Below are positions 8,247 through 19,953 of a stretch of DNA of 64,000 bases, piece by piece; position 1 is the stretch's first letter; the number at the start of each line of letters is the position of its first letter. The DNA lies in contig CALXJJ010000002.1 in NCBI GenBank assembly GCA_944388605.1, positions 17,274-81,273 on the forward strand, given 5' to 3'. The notes beneath the pieces are model-generated. The model was not told the DNA's origin. It was given only the letters and a program-made list of their open reading frames with translations, and made no database searches. This DNA is from an uncultured Clostridia bacterium (GTDB lineage Bacteria > Bacillota > Clostridia > TANB77 > CAG-508). A program made the translations under genes and the position numbers.

Positions 8247-9542
8247 TCAGTCCTTTTTATTAATTGGAATTAATTTTTCAATTCCTCCCATATATGGTTG
8301 TAATACTTTTGGAATAGAAATACTTCCATCTTCATTGTAATTATTTTCTAAAAATGCTATTAACATACGAGGAGGTGCAACTACTGTATTATTTAAAGTA
8401 TGTGCATAATAATTTCCTTTTTCACCTTTTATACGGATTCCTAAACGTCTAGCCTGGGCGTCTGTAAGATTAGAGCAACTACCAACTTCAAAATATTTTT
8501 TTTGCCTTGGACTCCAAGCTTCAACATCTACACTTTTAGCTTTTAAGTCTGCTAAATCACCACTACAACATTCAAGTGTACGAACAGGAATATCCATACT
8601 TCTAAATAGTTCTACTGTATAAGACCATAATTTATCATACCATTTCCAACTATCTTCTGGTTCACAAACAACAATCATTTCTTGCTTTTCAAATTGGTGA
8701 ATACGATATACACCACGTTCTTCTATTCCATGAGCTCCTTTTTCTTTTCTAAAACAAGGAGAATAAGATGTCATTGTATATGGCATATCTTCTTTTTTTA
8801 GAATTTGACCTTTAAATTTACCAATCATTGAATGTTCACTTGTTCCTATTAAATATAAATCTTCACCTTCTATTTTATACATCATTGCGTCCATTTCTTC
8901 AAAACTCATAACACCAGTTACAACATCACTACGAATCATGAATGGTGGTATGCAATATGTAAAGCCTTTATTAATCATAAAATCTCGTGCATAAGAAAGA
9001 ATTGAAGAATGAAGACGGGCAATATTACCAGTTAAATAATAAAATCCGTTTCCAGCTACACGCCTAGCACTATCTAAATCTATTCCATTTAAAGATTCCA
9101 TTATATCTGTATGATATGGAATTTCGTAATTTGGAACTATTGGTTCACCAAATTTTTCTACTTCTACATTTTTACTGTCATTTTCGCCTATAGGAACAGA
9201 AGCATCAATTATATTAGGTATTTTCATCATACGAAATTTTATATCTTCCGCATATTGCATTTCTAATTTTTCATTATTTTCTAATTCAGTATTAATTTCA
9301 TTAACTTGTGTTTTTAATTTTTCAGCTTCTTGTTTTTTTCCTTCACGCATTAAAACACCTATTTCTTGACTTAATTTATTACGAGAACTACGTAATTCAT
9401 CTCCTCTTGTTTTAACTTCTCTTGACTTAATATCAAGTTCTAAAATTTCATCAACTAAAGGTAATTTGTAATCTTGAAATTTTTTCTTTATGTTGTCTCT
9501 TACTATTTGTGGATTTTCTCTTAAAAATTTAATATCTATCAT
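8247..9542 (-). CDS. serS: Serine--tRNA ligase
   Basis: 431 aa. N-terminal coiled-coil arm (MIDIKFLRENP...) plus a class II core (FRKEKGAHG, GSCSN..D.QARRL). Confidence 0.9.
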   Translation of the reverse strand: MIDIKFLRENPQIVRDNIKKKFQDYKLPLVDEILELDIKSREVKTRGDELRSSRNKLSQEIGVLMREGKKQEAEKLKTQVNEINTELENNEKLEMQYAEDIKFRMMKIPNIIDASVPIGENDSKNVEVEKFGEPIVPNYEIPYHTDIMESLNGIDLDSARRVAGNGFYYLTGNIARLHSSILSYARDFMINKGFTYCIPPFMIRSDVVTGVMSFEEMDAMMYKIEGEDLYLIGTSEHSMIGKFKGQILKKEDMPYTMTSYSPCFRKEKGAHGIEERGVYRIHQFEKQEMIVVCEPEDSWKWYDKLWSYTVELFRSMDIPVRTLECCSGDLADLKAKSVDVEAWSPRQKKYFEVGSCSNLTDAQARRLGIRIKGEKGNYYAHTLNNTVVAPPRMLIAFLENNYNEDGSISIPKVLQPYMGGIEKLIPINKKD

Positions 9543-9737
9543 ATAAAAACCTCCATTCGAGCAGAAAAATAGCTCTATGCTTTAAGCATTTTATCATGAA
9601 TTTGTGCATAAATCAACTATTACAAGCAAGAATGTAATAAATAAGAAAATTTTATGTATTTATGCTGGAAAAAATTAAAATAGATGATATAATATGTTAA
9701 AGAATAATGATGTATAAAGAAAGAAGGAAAAGTAGAA

Positions 9738-12700
9738 ATGCGGAAATTTTGTTCATTTACATGTACATAGTGAATTTAGTTTACTTGATGGAGCTAATAG
9801 AATAAAAGATTTACCAGTTAGAGCAAAAGAATTAGGAATGGACTCAATAGCAATAACAGATCATGGAGTCATGTTTGGTACAATAGACTTTTATAAAGCT
9901 TGTAAAGCCAATGGAGTAAAGCCTATTATTGGCTGTGAAGTATATGTTGCTCCTAGAACAAGATTTGATAAAGACCCAAATTTAGATTCTAAATATAATC
10001 ATTTAATTTTGCTAGCAAAAAATAATGAAGGATATAAGAATTTATCAAAATTGGTCTCTCTAAGTTTTGTTGAAGGATTTTATTATAAACCTAGAATAGA
10101 TAAAGAAATATTAGAAAAATATCATGAAAATTTAATATGCTGTAGTGCATGTTTGGCTGGAGAAATTAATCAAGCAATATTAAAAGGAGATATGCAAGAA
10201 GCAGAGAATATAGCAAAATGGTTTAAAAACATATTTGGAAAAGATTATTATTTAGAAGTACAAAATAATGGGGTTAAAGAGCAAGTATTGGTTAATCAAA
10301 AATTAATAGAATTATCTAAAAAGTTAAATATACCTCTTATTGCAACAAATGATGCACATTATTTGAAAAAAGAAGATGCATATAATCATGAAGTATTATT
10401 ATGTATACAAACTGGAAAGAAAATAACAGATGAAGATAGAATGAAATTTGATACAGATGAATTATACATAAAATCACCAGAAGAAATGATAGAATATTTT
10501 TCAAATGTACCACAAGCGATAGAAAATACGGTGAAAATAGCACAAGAATGTAATGTGGAATTTGAATTTGGACATACAATACTTCCAAATTATGATGTAC
10601 CAAAAGAGTTTGAAACACATTATGATTATTTTAAAAAATTAACAGAAGATGGAATAAAATATAGATATGGTGAAAATCCAACTCAAGAAATAATAGACAG
10701 GATGAATTATGAATTAGAAGTAATTAAAAAAATGGGATATGTTGATTATTTTTTAATAGTATGGGATTATATAAATTATGCAAAAATGAATGGAATTCCA
10801 GTAGGACCAGGGCGTGGTAGTGGAGCAGGTTCAATAGTTGCATATGCTATAGGAATAACAGATATAGATCCTATAAAATATGGATTAATATTTGAAAGGT
10901 TTTTAAATCCAGAAAGAATAAGTATGCCAGATTTTGATGTGGATTTTTGCTATGAAAGAAGAGGAGAGGTAATTGATTATGTAGGAAGAAAATATGGAAA
11001 AGATCATGTATCTCAGATTATAACTTTTGGAACAATGTCTGCAAGAATGGTAATAAGAGATGTAGGAAGAGTTTTAGACATTCCATATGCACAGGCAGAC
11101 AGTTTAGCAAAAATGATACCAAATGAATTGCATATAACAATAAATAAAGCATTGGAACAAAATAAAGAGCTAAAAGAGTTATACGAAAATGACGCAGAAA
11201 TAAAAAAAGTATTGGATATAGCAATGGCATTAGAAGGTATGCCAAGACAGGCTTCTACACATGCATGTGGAATAGTTATTACAAAAGAACCTGTAGATAC
11301 ATATGTACCATTATATATGAGAGATGATACAATATCAACACAATATATAATGACAACATTAGAAGAATTGGGATTATTGAAAATGGACTTTTTAGGACTT
11401 AGAACTTTGACTGTAATACAAGATACTATAAATTTAGTAAAAAAGACTAAAGGAATAGATGTAGAATTTGATCCAGAAATGAATGATCCAAATGTATATA
11501 AGCAATGGCAAGAAGGAAATTCAATGGGAATATTTCAATTTGAAAGCCAAGGAATGACAAACTTCATGAAAGAATTAAAGCCAGATTGCTTAGAAGACAT
11601 TATAGCTGGAGTATCATTATATAGACCAGGACCTATGGATCAAATACCTAGATATATAGCAAATAAAAAAGATCCAGAAAATGCAGTATATACACATGAA
11701 AGTTTAAAACCTATTTTAAAAGTCACATATGGATGCATGGTTTATCAAGAACAGGTTATGCAAATAGTAAGAGATTTGGCAGGGTATTCACTAGGCAGAG
11801 CAGACTTAGTAAGACGTGCAATGGGAAAAAAGAAATTAGATGTAATGGCAAAAGAAAGAGAAATATTTATTAATGGACAAGTAGACGAGGATGGTAATAT
11901 AATAGTACCAGGATGCGTACGTAATGGAATTGATGAACAGTCAGCTAATAAGATATTTGATGAAATGGCAGAATTTGCAAAGTATGCTTTTAATAAATCA
12001 CATGCAGCATGCTATGCAGTTGTAGCATATAGGACTGCATATTTAAAAACATATTATCCTTCTGAATTTATGGCAGCTATGCTAAATAGTTATTTAGGAA
12101 ATTTAGATAAAGTGCCATCATATATAGAAGAATGTAACAGAATGAATATAAAGATATTAAAACCTGATATAAATAAAAGTTTTACAAAGTTTACAGTAGA
12201 TGAAGGAAAAATAAGATTTGGACTTGGTAGCATAAAGAATGTTGGTATAGGTGCAGTAGATAGCATAGTAAGGGAAAGAGAAAAAAATGGAAAATTCAAG
12301 ACTTTTACAGATTTCTGTGAAAGAATGAAAGACGAATCAGTAAATAGAAAATGCATAGAAAGTTTAATAAAAGCAGGTGCTTTTGATGAATTTGAACAAA
12401 CAAGGAGTACTTTAATAGCGTCTTTTGATGATATACTAGATACAATAGCCAATTCTACTAAGAAAAGTTTGGCAGGACAAGTGACAATGTTCGATTTAGG
12501 AGGATTTGGAGAAGAGCAAGATATGGAGAAAATAAAGTATAATTATACTACATTAAAAGAGTATACAGAAAAAGAATTATTATCAATGGAAAAAGAAATG
12601 TTAGGATTATATATTAGTGGTCACCCATTAGAAGAATATAAAACACAAATAGCTTCACAAACTAATATAAATACATTACAAATGAGAGAAGCTATGGATA

Positions 12701-13209
12701 ATTATATGCAAAATGGTAGTATGAGTTATGTAGATGGACAGTATGTAAAATATGCAGGAATAATTTCTAGTGTAAAAAAGAAGTATACAAAAAATAATAA
12801 AATAATGGCATTTGTTACTATAGAAGATTTATATGGATCATGTGAAGTTATAGTATTTGAAAATTGTTATCAAACATGTTCAAATGAATTAATAGATGAT
12901 AATATAGTACTAGTAGATGGCAGATTAAGCATAAGAGAAGATGAAGATATAAAAATAGTAGCAAGAGAAATAAAAAAATTTGGAGAAGAGAAAAAAGCAA
13001 TATTAAATATAAATATAACTTCTTTATCTGAAAGAGACAAAGAACGATTAAGAGGTGCAATGAAATTTTTTAATGGTGATAAAAATAATATGCCAGTTGT
13101 AATAATAGATGGAGAAAAAAAATCTCCTGCAGGAGGACTATATATAACTTCAGAAATATTTAAAGAATTTCAAGAACTAATAGGTGAAGATAGAGTAAAA
13201 TATAATTGA
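9738..13209 (+). CDS. dnaE: DNA polymerase III alpha subunit DnaE (as sequenced, needs a +1 shift at CGG 9741-9743)
   Basis: ATG 9738 has an SD, but its frame stops after 10 codons. The long ORF (track 9838..13209) extends upstream in frame to FVHLHVHSEFSLLDGA (PHP-domain HxH) with no start codon. Skipping C9741 gives MGNFVHLHVHSEF... Confidence 0.85.
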
Positions 13210-13229
13210 ATAAGTATCTGAGAGATACA

Positions 13230-13384
13230 GAACAAATTGGAAAGCCCTAATTTAATACAAACTTTAACTTTCTCATTGGCTTTTTAGTAAATTTGTTCTT
13301 AATCCAATTTTGCTAAGTTGAAATTGTGTGCAATTGATATAATATATTAGGAAAAGTCAGTATGACTTTCCTAATATATTATAT
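13230..13384 (+). repeat. Family A repeat, copy A2 (variant 3-prime module)
   Basis: GAACAAATTGGAAAGCCC...GGCTTTTTAGTAAATTTGTTC...AAATTGTGTGCA, ending in the hairpin TATTAGGAAAAGTCAGTATGACTTTCCTAATA. It fills the dnaE-feoB convergent spacer. Confidence 0.8.
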
Positions 13385-13389
13385 ACAAA

Positions 13390-15652
13390 TTAAACAAGGA
13401 ATAAGTTCCAAATAAGTGTAGTAAAAAAGCAGACTAGTATACCACATAATGTAGGAAGTAAAAATGAAATTAAAGTCCATTTTTTACTATTAGTTTCTTT
13501 AAAAATAGTTATTAGAGTTGTGCTACAAGGAAAATGTAATAATGTAAAAATCATAACATTTATGGCAGTTAAAACAGTCCAACCATTTTGTATTAAAATA
13601 TCACCTAAATTAAAAATATTATCTATATCTACTAATGTATTAGTTCTTAAATAAGACATTAATAAAATTGGTAAAATTATTTCATTTGCAGGTAAACCTA
13701 AAATAAAAGCAGTTAAAATATATCCATCTAATCCAATAAATTTAGCAAAAGGATCTAGAAAATTTGCAACATAAGTTAATAAGCTAATACCATCAGAAGA
13801 ACAAAATAGAATTCCATTAGAACCTATAGAGATGTTTGAAAATAGCCATATTATAATTCCAGCAGGAATAGCGATTTTAATTGCTCTAGCTAAAACAAAA
13901 AGAGTTCTATCAAAAATAGACCTAATAATAACTTTTCCAATCTGAGGTTTCCTATATGGAGGTAATTCTAGCATAAAAGAAGATGGCAATCCTTTCAGCA
14001 TTGTTTTAGAAAGAAATTTGGAGATTAATAAAGTTATAAATATACCAAATAAAATGATAACTAAAACAATGATAGTAGATATAATAGAACCAGTAAATCC
14101 TTTAAATAAACTAGCAATAAAAACTGAACTTATTGTAATAAGTATAGGAAATCTACCATTACAAGGTACAAAATTATTTGTAAGAATAGCAGTTAATTTT
14201 TCTCTTGGTGATTCTATAATTCTACATCCAACAACTCCAGCAGCATTACAGCCAAAGCCCATGCACATAGTAAGAGCCTGTTTACCAGATGAGCAAGCTT
14301 TTTTAAAGCAATTATCTAAATTAAATGCAAGTCTTGGCAAAAATCCGGAGTCTTCTAATAATGTAAATAAAGGAAAAAATATTGCCATTGGAGGTAGCAT
14401 AACTGAAATAATCCAAGTAACAGTTGTATATACTCCATCAATTAATATACTTTTTATTAATACTGGAATACCAATAAAATTAAAAAATAAAATTAATTTT
14501 TCTTTTAAAAAGCCAAATAAATTTGATAGCAATTGTGATGGATAGTTAGCTCCAGTAATAGTAAGCCAAAATATAATACCTAAAAAAACTAACATAATTG
14601 GAATCCCAAGTTTTTTGGATGTTAAAATTTTATCTATTTTTCTATCTTTTTCATGATAATTTGTATTTGAAAAATGACAAACATCATTTGAAACTATTTC
14701 ACACATAAATAGTATACTTGAGATTATATTATCATGTATGTTGTTTTCAGTAATATCATTATTCTTTAAAATAGATTGAATTTGTATGAGTTTTAGATTG
14801 ATTTTGCTATTATTTTGCAGAGAAATATCTAAGTTTTTTTCAATAGAACTAATTAATTCAGAATTATTTTCTATTAGTTTAATACAGATCCATCTTGTTA
14901 AATATTCTTTATCATATGGAAGTAAATCTGAAACAGTAGAAAATAGCATACTAATAGAATCTTCTATACAAGGAACATATTTTATATAATTTGATGAATA
15001 TACACATTCATTTAAACATACTTTTTTTATAGTTGACATTAATTTTTTCAAAGTTTTAGGTTTCCTAGCAATAGTACCAACAACAGGTACTCCAAGAGAA
15101 TTAGACAATAAATCTAAATCAATTGTAATGCCTTTCTTTTTAGCTTCATCTAATAAATTAACACATACTATAACATTTCTAGTAAGTTCCATAATTTGAT
15201 AAACTAAATTCAAATTTCTTTCTAAACATGTTGCATCAACAATAACTACTGTAGCATTAGCATTTCCAAAACATATATAATCTCTTGCAATTTCTTCTTC
15301 TTCAGAATTAGACATAAGAGAATATGTACCAGGTATATCAACTAATAAAAAATTAGTGTTTTCAAAGTTTATGTATCCAGTTGCATTAGATACAGTTTTC
15401 CCAGACCAATTACCGTGTATGCTGATGCATTCCAGTTAATGCATTAAAAATTGTTGATTTTCCAACATTAGGGTTTCCAGCAATGGCAATAGTAAAATCA
15501 TGTTTCTGGTGAGTAGAGTCATTGCAAATTTTAGAACCGGTAGAAGAAAAAGTAAGTCCCATAAATAATAACAATCCTTTCTGAGATAGAATAGATTTAG
15601 CTTCAATAGTCTTGTCTTTTAACATTTTATGTATTAATTCAAGATCTAGCAA
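13390..15652 (-). CDS. feoB: Ferrous iron transporter FeoB (as sequenced, needs a +1 shift at CGG 15415-15413)
   Basis: The G-domain ORF ([19 protein letters not shown]) ends at ACA CGG TAA. The +1 frame continues GNWSGKTV...[10 protein letters not shown] into the 641-aa membrane ORF 13390..15315. The true start may be ATG 15562. Confidence 0.85.
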
Positions 15653-15781
15653 GAAGCATATAATTATCTCAAATTATAATATGCAAAAATTTTCATAAAG
15701 TGAATTTAATATAAATTAAAAATGCAAAAATAAATATATGTACAGGCGAGCAATACTCGCCACAAAAAGTGTAGAAAATAT

Positions 15782-16024
15782 TTATTTTAAATATATATTT
15801 ATATTTTTAGAATCTTCTAATCTTAGAGCAATAACACTTCCACGAATCAAATATGCAATTGGATTATTAGAAATACTTGTAAAAAGGGGCTTTATAGCTG
15901 TATTTTTTACAAGACCTAAATCTAATAATCGTTTTTTTATATTATTAGAACAATTTACAGAATCGATGTATCCTATATTATTAATAGGTAATTTATCAAG
16001 TGACATTTTCATAAGTAGTTTCAT
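15782..16024 (-). CDS. feoA: FeoA-family iron transport protein
   Basis: 80 aa, SH3-like FeoA pattern (IDSV....IKKRLLDLGLVKNTAI......NPIAYLIRGSVIALR), directly upstream of feoB. Confidence 0.8.
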   Translation of the reverse strand: MKLLMKMSLDKLPINNIGYIDSVNCSNNIKKRLLDLGLVKNTAIKPLFTSISNNPIAYLIRGSVIALRLEDSKNINIYLK

Positions 16025-16090
16025 CCCTTTCTAAAGGTGCAATTTTAGATGAAAAAATATATTATTTTCTTTTTAATAGAAAATTGTATT

Positions 16091-16125
16091 ATTAGGAAAG
16101 TCATACTGACTTTACCTAATATATT
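16091..16125 (-). repeat. Isolated hairpin module (inverted copy of the A2 terminal hairpin)
   Basis: ATTAGGAAAGTCATACTGACTTTACCTAATATATT is the reverse complement of 13346-13380 with 1 mismatch. Confidence 0.75.
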
Positions 16126-16355
16126 AAATCTTAAAAATATACAATGAACAAAAAATATTTCATAATTTTTCCAAATGAGTGAATCTAATGTTTTAAAATT
16201 TAGTAGAAATTCATCCTTATAATCTTATTTTATGTTTATAAATACATAAAGTGTATAATAATAAAAAAATAAAAAAAGTATTGCAAAAAAAGTAAATATA
16301 AGTATATAATTACAACATAAATAGATTTATATTTAAGAAAGGAAAGTGGTAAGAA

Positions 16356-16820
16356 ATGAGTAAAATAAGGGGTTTTGAAATAGCTAAAGGGTTTGAAGAT
16401 AAAGATGTTAATATACCAGTTAGAAAAACAAAATATTCAGCAGGTTATGATATAGAGGCAGTAGAAGATACAATAATACCATCTTTTAAGAAAGGAAGTA
16501 ATCCAACACTTGTAAAAACAGGTTTAAAAGCATATATGCAAGATGACGAAATGCTTTGTTTATATAATAGAAGTTCTAATCCAAAAAAGAAAGGCCTAAT
16601 ACTTGCAAATAGTGTAGGAATTATAGATAAAGATTATTATGGAAATTCAGATAATGATGGGCATATTATGTTTGCTTTCTATAATATAAAGGAAGAAGAT
16701 ATTTTAATAAAAAAAGGAGAGGCAATAGGACAAGCAATTTTTGAAAAATATCTTATAGTAGATGGCGATACAGCAGAAGGAGAAAGAACTGGAGGATTCG
16801 GATCAACAAGTAAGGAATAA
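16356..16820 (+). CDS. dut: dUTP diphosphatase
   Basis: 154 aa. SAGYDI, GIIDKDYYG and the C-terminal GGFGST motif are typical of trimeric dUTPases. Confidence 0.85.
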   Translation: MSKIRGFEIAKGFEDKDVNIPVRKTKYSAGYDIEAVEDTIIPSFKKGSNPTLVKTGLKAYMQDDEMLCLYNRSSNPKKKGLILANSVGIIDKDYYGNSDNDGHIMFAFYNIKEEDILIKKGEAIGQAIFEKYLIVDGDTAEGERTGGFGSTSKE

Positions 16821-16832
16821 TAGAACAAATCG

Positions 16833-16986
16833 AAAAGCCTTAAAATTTATATTAATTTTATCTTTCTTCGTTGGCTTTTTAGTAAACTTGTTCCTAAGCC
16901 AATTTTACAAAGTCAAAATTGTGTGCAGTCGTTAGAGCGTAGCGACTTATATACAATAGGAAAGGATAACTTTCCTATTGTATATA
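16833..16986 (+). repeat. Family A repeat, copy A3 (full length)
   Basis: Starts 13 nt after the dut stop codon and is near-identical to A1 over its whole length. Confidence 0.85.
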
Positions 16987-17108
16987 AAAACAAGCGTTTT
17001 GAAATAGATGTTCAGGTTAGAAAAAAATCTAAAAATTTTTTTCTTTAAAAAACCTATTAAAATCAACAATTTTAACGTTTTACATAAAAAAATCACTGGT
17101 AAAAGTCT

Positions 17109-17137
17109 TTGACTTTTACCAGTTTTTGTAGTATAAT
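17109..17137 (+). promoter_or_regulatory. Consensus promoter upstream of carD
   Basis: TTGACT (17109-17114), 17-nt spacer, TATAAT (17132-17137). The -35 box sits inside the hairpin ACTGGTAAAAGTC..GACTTTTACCAGT. Confidence 0.55.
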
Positions 17138-17209
17138 TAATAATGTAGTTAAGAAATGGAAGAATTTAACTTACATATAAATATTTGCTTAGGAAGGGAA
17201 GTGTCTTAC

Positions 17210-17782
17210 ATGTTTAATGTAGGTGATAAAATAGTGTATCCAATGCATGGAGCAGGTACAATAGATTCAATAGAGGAGAAAAATATATTAGGAGAGAAAC
17301 AAGAATATTACATAATAAAAATGCCTAATGAAGTTAAAGTAATGGTACCAGTTAATAATGCAGAGCAAATAGGCGTTAGAAATATTATAGATAAAAGTCA
17401 AGCAGATGATGTTTTTAAAGTATTTGATCAAAACGAGACAGAAATGTCAAATAATTGGAATAAGCGTTATAGAGATAATATGGAGAAAATGAAAAGCGGG
17501 AATATTTATGAAGTGGCAGATGTAGTTAGAAATTTAAGTTTTAAACAAAAAGAAAAAGGTTTGTCCACAGGAGAAAAGAAAATGTTATTAAATGCTAAAC
17601 AAATATTAGTAAGTGAATTAGTTTTAGCAGAGCATGCTTCTCAAGAACAAATAGAAGATATGATAGAAAATAAGATAAATATGACATTTAAAGAATATAA
17701 AATACAAGATAATGATATAGATTTAAATTCTAATATAGTAAAAAAATTTATTCCTTTTAATGGAAATGCAGGAAATTTATAA
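17210..17782 (+). CDS. carD: CarD/CdnL-family transcriptional regulator
   Basis: MFNVGDKIVYPMHGAGTI..I.....G..QEYYIIK is the CarD_TRCF N-terminal signature. ATG 17210 follows GGAAGGGAAG. There is a C-terminal extension. Confidence 0.8.
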   Translation: MFNVGDKIVYPMHGAGTIDSIEEKNILGEKQEYYIIKMPNEVKVMVPVNNAEQIGVRNIIDKSQADDVFKVFDQNETEMSNNWNKRYRDNMEKMKSGNIYEVADVVRNLSFKQKEKGLSTGEKKMLLNAKQILVSELVLAEHASQEQIEDMIENKINMTFKEYKIQDNDIDLNSNIVKKFIPFNGNAGNL

Positions 17783-17825
17783 AGAATAAATTATTATACA
17801 AAATTAAATTTTTTATAACTTAAAA

Positions 17826-17865
17826 AAGAGAAATTTGAGCTGTATGAACAACTCAAATTTCTCTT
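17826..17865 (+). terminator. Hairpin terminator after carD
   Basis: AAGAGAAATTTGAG ... CTCAAATTTCTCTT, a 14-bp stem. Confidence 0.7.
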
Positions 17866-18165
17866 GCATTATAGAAAATTAAAAATATTATAAATTTTTG
17901 TAATATTGTAATATATTGTATACAAATTTACTAAAAAGAAAAATCTAAAATGATTACAAATTCTAAATTTTTTCAATTTGTTATATGTTATTATATAATA
18001 TGTATAGTTGAAAAGAATTTTTTCTTAGAAACATAATGTATTGTGTAGTTTATTGTCATAAAGTATAATCTCATAAGAAGGATTTAAAGTGTTTATGTCG
18101 AATATAATAATAGTGGAAAGCATAAATTGAAAAATAAATATAAAAACTAGAAAGGTGTTGATATT

Positions 18166-19941
18166 TTGAGGTATAGTGATGAGATAATTGACGAAATAAG
18201 AAATAGTAATGACATTGTAGATATCATATCACAATATGTGACATTGAAAAAAAGTGGAAGAACTTTTTTTGGATTATGTCCATTTCACAAAGAAAAATCA
18301 CCATCTTTTGCTGTATCACCAGATAAGCAAATTTTTCATTGCTTTGGATGTGGAGTAGGAGGCAATGTTTTTCATTTTATAAGCAAAATAGAAAATATTA
18401 ATTTTAAAGAAACAGTAGAAATGTTAGCCGAGAGAGCTAATATTGAACTTCCTAAATCTGAAAATTCAGAGGAAGAGAAAAGAGAAAAATTAAAAGCACG
18501 TATATATGAAATAAATAAATTGACAGCACAATATTATCATGAAAATTTATATAAACCAACAGCAAAATTGGCACAGGATTATGTAAAAAAGAGAAAATTA
18601 GATAATAATACATTAAAATCATTTCAAATAGGCTTTGCAGGAACAAAAGACGAATTATATCAATATTTAAAAAGACAAGGATTTACTGATAATGAATTAT
18701 TTGAAGCAAAATTAATTGTGGTAAATGATAATGGTAAAATAATAGATAGGTTTAGAAAAAGACTAATGTTCCCAATAAAAGATTTAAGAGATAGAGTTAT
18801 AGCTTTTGGAGGAAGAGTGCTAGATGATAGTAAACCTAAATATATAAATTCAAGTGAAAATATTGTTTATAATAAAGGCAGACATTTATTTGGATTAAAT
18901 TTAGTAAAAAAAGAAAATCCTAAAAAAATAATAATAGTAGAAGGTTATATGGATGCAATTTCATTATATCAAAGAGGAGTAAAAAACGCAGTTGCTTCAT
19001 TAGGTACGGCATTAACAGAAGCACAAGGAAGATTGTTAAGAAAAATGGCAGAACAGGTCATAATAGGATATGATGCTGATGGAGCAGGACAAGTAGCAAC
19101 TATGAGAGGACTTGAAATATTAAACAATTTAGGGTGCGACTTAAGAATATTACAAATAGAAGGTGCAAAAGATCCAGATGAGTTTGTAATAAAATATGGT
19201 CCAGAGAGATTTAATAAATATGTAGATAATGCCATTTCATTAGTTGAATTTAAGGTAAAAACATTGAGAAAAGAGTTGGATATAAATAATACATCAGATA
19301 GAATTAAATTTTTAAATGAAATAGCAAAAATATTATCTAAAGTAAATAATGATATTGAAAAAGAAGTTTATGTAGACAAAATATCTTCAAGTTACGAAGT
19401 TTCTAAAGAAGCAATATATGCGGAAATAAATAAAATCACATATAAAAATATTAATTCAGAAAAGCATTTAGAAAAGAAACTACCTGTAATGAAAAGAATA
19501 GAAAATAAAAAAATAGATGAGTCAATAATTAAAAGAGAGAATATGGTAATATATTTACTTATAAATAATCCAGATACATACTTGCAAATAAAAGAACATA
19601 TTGCAACTAATGACATAAAAGACGAAAAGAACAAAAAAATATTAGAAATTATTTATAATGAATATGGAAAAGGTAATATAAATCCAGAAAATGTTTTAAA
19701 CTGGTTTGAAGATGAAGAAATAATAAATCATATTACATGGATTATGGCATATGATTTTGAAATAAACGACATAAATAAATGTTTGATAGATTTATTTTCA
19801 ACATATCAAAAAGAAAAAATGATAGTCAAAAGAAACGAAATTCTAAGAAAAATTGAACAAGGTAATATGGAAAAAAATGAAGTAGAAAAATTGGAGAATG
19901 AGTTAAATCAAATAATTTTAAAACTTGCAAGAATAAAGTAG
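18166..19941 (+). CDS. dnaG: DNA primase
   Basis: Zinc ribbon CPFHKEKSPSF....Q.FHCFGCG, TOPRIM EGYMD...DAD.AG, TTG start after AAAGGTG, and the gene sits upstream of rpoD. Confidence 0.9.
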   Translation: MRYSDEIIDEIRNSNDIVDIISQYVTLKKSGRTFFGLCPFHKEKSPSFAVSPDKQIFHCFGCGVGGNVFHFISKIENINFKETVEMLAERANIELPKSENSEEEKREKLKARIYEINKLTAQYYHENLYKPTAKLAQDYVKKRKLDNNTLKSFQIGFAGTKDELYQYLKRQGFTDNELFEAKLIVVNDNGKIIDRFRKRLMFPIKDLRDRVIAFGGRVLDDSKPKYINSSENIVYNKGRHLFGLNLVKKENPKKIIIVEGYMDAISLYQRGVKNAVASLGTALTEAQGRLLRKMAEQVIIGYDADGAGQVATMRGLEILNNLGCDLRILQIEGAKDPDEFVIKYGPERFNKYVDNAISLVEFKVKTLRKELDINNTSDRIKFLNEIAKILSKVNNDIEKEVYVDKISSSYEVSKEAIYAEINKITYKNINSEKHLEKKLPVMKRIENKKIDESIIKRENMVIYLLINNPDTYLQIKEHIATNDIKDEKNKKILEIIYNEYGKGNINPENVLNWFEDEEIINHITWIMAYDFEINDINKCLIDLFSTYQKEKMIVKRNEILRKIEQGNMEKNEVEKLENELNQIILKLARIK

Positions 19942-19953
19942 GAGGTTAATTTG

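Noticed and set aside
9543-9737. T-box riboswitch leader expected upstream of serS (and upstream of gltX at 4327-4441).
   Set aside because: The leaders are under about 100 nt. I cannot find the T-box sequence (AANNNGGGTGGTACCGCG-like) or a specifier/terminator arrangement. Only a simple promoter (TTGATT-17-TAAAAT) is visible for serS.
15738-16034. 98-aa ORF on the plus strand overlapping feoA, and 41961..42308 overlapping gtrA.
   Set aside because: Both are antisense to genes with clear family signatures, and neither has translation signals.
13230-16125. IS element, transposon or prophage content around the repeats.
   Set aside because: No transposase, integrase, recombinase or phage structural ORF occurs anywhere in the window. 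The repeats are non-coding.
16040-16200. Fur box upstream of feoA.
   Set aside because: I could not find a convincing match to the GATAATGATAATCATTATC-type consensus by eye. The region is generically AT-rich.
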